This document shows positions 60,712 to 64,000 of a stretch of DNA of 64,000 nt, one piece after another (positions within the stretch are counted from its first letter, which is position 1; every line of letters begins with the position of its first letter). The stretch comes from Eubacteriales bacterium. Its GTDB lineage: Bacteria > Bacillota > Clostridia > Oscillospirales > CAG-272. The translations under genes and the position numbers were made by a program. The notes below the pieces were generated by a model, which was given only the letters and a program-made list of their open reading frames with translations, was not told the DNA's origin and searched no databases. Location: positions 5,621-69,620 of the forward strand of contig JAZOVV010000002.1 in the NCBI GenBank assembly GCA_045658925.1. The letters run 5' to 3'.

Positions 60712-61659
60712 ATGCCTATTAAAATTCCAAACCAACTGCCTGCAACCAAAACGCTCGCCGAGGAAAACATCTTTGTAATGACCGACGCGCGCGCCGTTGC
60801 GCAAGATATCCGTCCCTTACAGATTCTGATGTTGAATCTGATGCCTACCAAAATTGATACCGAAACTCAGCTCTCCCGTCTTTTGGGTAACACCCCCTTG
60901 CAGGTAGAGTTGACGCTGATGCATACAAGCTCTCACAAATCCAAAAACACCTCTGCCGATCATCTTTTGGCGTTCTATACAACCTTTGATAAGGTCAAGG
61001 AACGCTACTTCGACGGTCTTGTCATCACGGGCGCACCTGTTGAAATGATGGAATTTGAAGAGGTAGAGTATTGGAACGAGCTCTGCGAGATTATGGAGTG
61101 GAGCACTACGCACGTTCATAGCACCTTCCACATTTGTTGGGGCGCGCAGGCAGGACTTTATTACCATTTTGGTGTACAAAAGAAAACGCTCGACAAAAAA
61201 ATGTTTGGCGTATTTCCGCATATTGCCGACTACAAGCGTTCTATGCTGTTCCGTGGCTTTGACGACGTCTTTATGGTGCCGCACTCCCGCCACACCACCA
61301 TCGACCGCGAAGACCTCGAGGGCATTCCCGGTCTCAAAATTCTCGCATCCTCACCCGAGGCAGGGGTTTTTGCACTTTCGACCAAAAAGGGAAGACAGAT
61401 ATTCATCACAGGGCATCCCGAATACGATGCCGAAACCTTGGGGCGTGAATATTGGCGTGACGTAAATGCGGGCAAACCCATCGAAATTCCCAAAAATTAC
61501 TATCCCGATAATGACCCCAATAAGGCACCTGTATCCACTTGGCGTTCCTCTGCCAATCTCCTTTATTGCAACTGGCTCAACTACTTCGTCTACCAGACGA
61601 CACCCTTTGATCTTAACAAAATCAAGGAATCTCACGCCGCCACCGAAGAGCCTGTATAA
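60712..61659 (+). CDS. metA: Homoserine O-acyltransferase (MetA family)
   Basis: LNLMPTK; catalytic Cys in [16 protein letters not shown]. Confidence 0.92.
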   Translation: MPIKIPNQLPATKTLAEENIFVMTDARAVAQDIRPLQILMLNLMPTKIDTETQLSRLLGNTPLQVELTLMHTSSHKSKNTSADHLLAFYTTFDKVKERYFDGLVITGAPVEMMEFEEVEYWNELCEIMEWSTTHVHSTFHICWGAQAGLYYHFGVQKKTLDKKMFGVFPHIADYKRSMLFRGFDDVFMVPHSRHTTIDREDLEGIPGLKILASSPEAGVFALSTKKGRQIFITGHPEYDAETLGREYWRDVNAGKPIEIPKNYYPDNDPNKAPVSTWRSSANLLYCNWLNYFVYQTTPFDLNKIKESHAATEEPV

Positions 61660-61880
61660 GACTGCCTGAATTTGCGCAGAACAAAAGCCACATCAAAGGT
61701 CGAATTCGATGCAAATTGAATTCTAAACAAGCTTAATAAAAGGTTGAAATCCACCGAAAGTATCGGTGGATTTCTTCATTATATATAAGTGGCTTTTTAG
61801 ACGCGCTCAACCCCTCTGCCGTACCTTTGTCCGGCGACGAGCGGTCGATCGCGCCTTCTGCATCAAATTGAGGCAGTCTT
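61658..61880. repeat. 24/25-bp imperfect inverted repeat pair flanking about 175 bp
   Basis: Left arm AAGACTGCCTGAATTTGCGCAGAA (61658..61681). The reverse complement of the right arm (61856..61880) is AAGACTGCCTCAATTTGATGCAGAA. The pair encloses the metA terminator hairpin and a GC-rich stretch. Confidence 0.5.
61746..61774 (+). terminator. Hairpin terminator after metA
   Basis: GAAATCCACCGA/TCGGTGGATTTC stem with a weak T tract. Confidence 0.5.
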
Positions 61881-61978
61881 TGTTTTCAAGGTTCTTTTTT
61901 GCCCTCAACAAACCGCAATTTTTGACCGAAAAAGCAACATTTGTCGCATCTTTGTCAAAAAAATAACTTGTCGAAAAA

Positions 61979-62026
61979 CCACAAAATATTGTGTTTTGCC
62001 CTTGACAAAAACACAAAATATGGTAT
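61979..62026 (+). promoter_or_regulatory. Tandem NrdR boxes overlapping the nrdD promoter
   Basis: CCACAAAATATTGTGT (61979..61994) and ACACAAAATATGGTAT (62011..62026), offset 32 bp. Both resemble the NrdR-box palindrome acaCwAtATaTwgTgt. Confidence 0.6.
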
Positions 62027-62029
62027 AAT
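62002..62029 (+). promoter_or_regulatory. nrdD promoter
   Basis: TTGACA (62002..62007), 16 nt, TGg-TATAAT (62024..62029). Confidence 0.6.
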
Positions 62030-62084
62030 ATATGTACCCCTTAGGCATATTAGCAAATGCGTTGTTCAATGTGACAAATTTGCT

Positions 62085-62100
62085 TACACATATTTTGTAA
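62085..62100 (+). promoter_or_regulatory. Possible third NrdR-like box in the nrdD leader
   Basis: TACACATATTTTGTAA; its reverse complement contains ACAAAATATGTGT. Confidence 0.35.
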
Positions 62101-62123
62101 ATTATAAACAAAAGGAGGAGAAA

Positions 62124-64000
62124 ATGAAGGTTATTAAGAGAAACAGCTCCGAAGTTACGTTTGATATCAGTAAGATCATTACCGCCATTACGAAGGCAAA
62201 CGAAGCTGTTGAAGAAGACGCAAGAATGACACCCATGCAGATCAAACGCATCGCTGAAGCAGTAGAGCTCAGCTGTATCCGCATGAACCGCGCCCCCGAG
62301 GTAGAGGAGATTCAGGACCTGGTCGAATCTCAAATTATGGCACACGGTGCTTACGAGGTAGCAAAGAAGTATATTACCTACCGCTACACAAGAGCCTTGG
62401 TTCGCCGCTCCAACACCACCGATGAAAAGATTTTGAGCCTGATTGAGTGCTGCAACGAAGAAGCCAAGCAGGAAAACGCAAATAAAAACCCCACCGTTAA
62501 CAGCGTTCAACGTGACTATATGGCAGGTGAGGTCAGCCGTGATATTACCACCCGCCTCCTTCTACCCGAGGATATCGTGCAGGCGCACGAAGAGGGTATT
62601 ATCCACTTCCACGACGCGGACTACTACGCTCAGCACATGCACAACTGCGACCTCGTTAACCTCGAGGATATGCTGCAAAACGGCACGGTCATCTCCGGCA
62701 CGATGATCGAACGTCCCCACAGCTTCTCCACAGCCTGCAACATCGCAACCCAAATCATTGCGCAGGTAGCAAGTAATCAGTATGGCGGTCAGAGCATCTC
62801 GCTCACACATCTCGCACCTTTTGTACAGGTAAGCCGCGAAAAGATTACAAGAGCCGTTAAGGAAGAAATGGAATCCATCGGTACTGTTCTCACCGAGGAG
62901 CAACTTTCCAAAATTGTTGAAAAGCGTCTGCGCGAAGAGATCAGCAAGGGCGTTCAAACCATTCAGTATCAGGTTGTAACCCTTCTCACCACCAACGGTC
63001 AAGCACCCTTTGTCACCGTGTTTATGTACCTTGGCGAGGCAAGAAACGAGCAAGAAAAGAAAGACCTTGCTATTATCATTGAAGAAACTTTGCTCCAACG
63101 TTACGAGGGTGTTAAGAATGAAGAGGGCGTTTACGTTACCCCCGCATTCCCCAAGCTCATTTACGTTTTGGAAGAGCAAAATATTCACGAAGATTCTCCC
63201 TATTACTATCTTACTAAGCTTTCGGCAAAATGCACCGCGCGCCGTATGGTTCCGGACTACATTTCCGAAAAGAAAATGCTTGAGCTCAAGGTTGACAAAA
63301 ACGGGGAAGGACACTGCTACACCTGCATGGGTTGCCGCAGCTTCCTGACTCCTTACGTTGACGAGGATGGCAAGCCGAAGTATTACGGTCGCTTCAATCA
63401 GGGTGTTGTTACCATCAACCTGCCCGACGTAGCTCTTTCTTCCGGTGGAAATATCGAAAAATTCTGGAAGATTTTTGATGAGAGACTCGAGCTCTGCTAC
63501 AAGGCTCTTATGTGCCGTCACGAGCGCCTCAAGGGCACTCGCTCCGACGTTGCTCCCATTCTGTGGCAATATGGCGCACTTGCAAGACTGAAGAAGGGCG
63601 AGCCCATTGATAAGCTCCTCTTTGGCGGATATTCCACCATCTCTCTGGGTTATGCAGGTCTTTACGAGTGTGTTAAGTATATGACCGGCAAGAGCCACAC
63701 CGATCCTGCCGCTACACCTTTTGCACTCAGCGTTATGCAGTACCTCAACGATGCTTGCAAAAAGTGGAAGGCAAAGCACAACATCGACTTCAGTCTTTAC
63801 GGCACGCCTCTGGAATCCACCACCTACAAGTTTGCAAAATGCCTGCAAAAGAGATTCGGCGTGGTTCCCGGCATCAACGATAAGGGTTATATCACCAATA
63901 GCTACCACATTCACGTAACCGAAGAGATCGACGCTTTCTCGAAGCTGGCGTTCGAGGCACAGTTCCAACAACTTTCTCCCGGTGGCGCTATCAGCTACGT
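62124..64000 (+). CDS. nrdD: Anaerobic ribonucleoside-triphosphate reductase (class III), 3'-truncated by the window end
   Basis: AGGAGG RBS. Translation MKVIKRNSSEVTFDISKII (ATP-cone) ... HFHDADYY ... NCDLVNLEDMLQNGTVISG ... TQIIAQVASNQYGGQS. Open to position 64000; not in the ORF track because there is no stop. Confidence 0.93.
   Translation, partial: MKVIKRNSSEVTFDISKIITAITKANEAVEEDARMTPMQIKRIAEAVELSCIRMNRAPEVEEIQDLVESQIMAHGAYEVAKKYITYRYTRALVRRSNTTDEKILSLIECCNEEAKQENANKNPTVNSVQRDYMAGEVSRDITTRLLLPEDIVQAHEEGIIHFHDADYYAQHMHNCDLVNLEDMLQNGTVISGTMIERPHSFSTACNIATQIIAQVASNQYGGQSISLTHLAPFVQVSREKITRAVKEEMESIGTVLTEEQLSKIVEKRLREEISKGVQTIQYQVVTLLTTNGQAPFVTVFMYLGEARNEQEKKDLAIIIEETLLQRYEGVKNEEGVYVTPAFPKLIYVLEEQNIHEDSPYYYLTKLSAKCTARRMVPDYISEKKMLELKVDKNGEGHCYTCMGCRSFLTPYVDEDGKPKYYGRFNQGVVTINLPDVALSSGGNIEKFWKIFDERLELCYKALMCRHERLKGTRSDVAPILWQYGALARLKKGEPIDKLLFGGYSTISLGYAGLYECVKYMTGKSHTDPAATPFALSVMQYLNDACKKWKAKHNIDFSLYGTPLESTTYKFAKCLQKRFGVVPGINDKGYITNSYHIHVTEEIDAFSKLAFEAQFQQLSPGGAISY

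Noticed and set aside
61766-62016. Small ORFs 61766..61966 (+) and 61807..62016 (-) in the metA-nrdD spacer
   Set aside because: There is no RBS and the composition is Arg/Phe-rich and implausible. They overlap the terminator, the inverted-repeat element and the nrdD promoter/operator.

Overview
The window looks like core chromosome from an endospore-forming Clostridia (Bacillota) genome. I see no rRNA, tRNA, CRISPR array, transposase, integrase or recognisable defence genes. Gene content, left to right: a 1121-aa membrane-anchored modular protein, RNase J, spmA/spmB and abrB; a sugar isomerase/oxidoreductase pair followed by three tandem paralogous lipoproteins; metF; a minus-strand unit of rlmB, a degenerate P-type-ATPase homolog and a radical SAM protein; spo0A, rluB and dacB. 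Next comes a minus-strand string of lon, engB, an M50 protease, scpA, scpB, ytfI and a 2016-aa YtfJ-domain giant. It is followed by uvrB/uvrA, an amino-acid ABC transporter, a nine-gene shikimate/Phe/Tyr supraoperon followed directly by metY-metA, and the 5' part of nrdD. The most unusual items are listed below. (1) A YtfJ/GerW sporulation domain is fused to about 1850 aa of 93-97-aa tandem repeats. (2) A P1B-ATPase-like membrane protein keeps the motif spacing but has lost every catalytic signature. (3) A 24-codon Phe/Tyr-rich mini-ORF with its own consensus promoter and terminator sits directly upstream of the aro operon. (4) The ABC substrate-binding lipoprotein is circularly permuted relative to GlnH-type proteins. 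(5) A 30-codon Cys-rich hydrophobic ORF falls below the ORF-track cutoff. Many long antisense ORFs in the track are codon-aligned mirror ORFs and were rejected. All calls come from reading the sequence and recalling family motifs; no searches were run.
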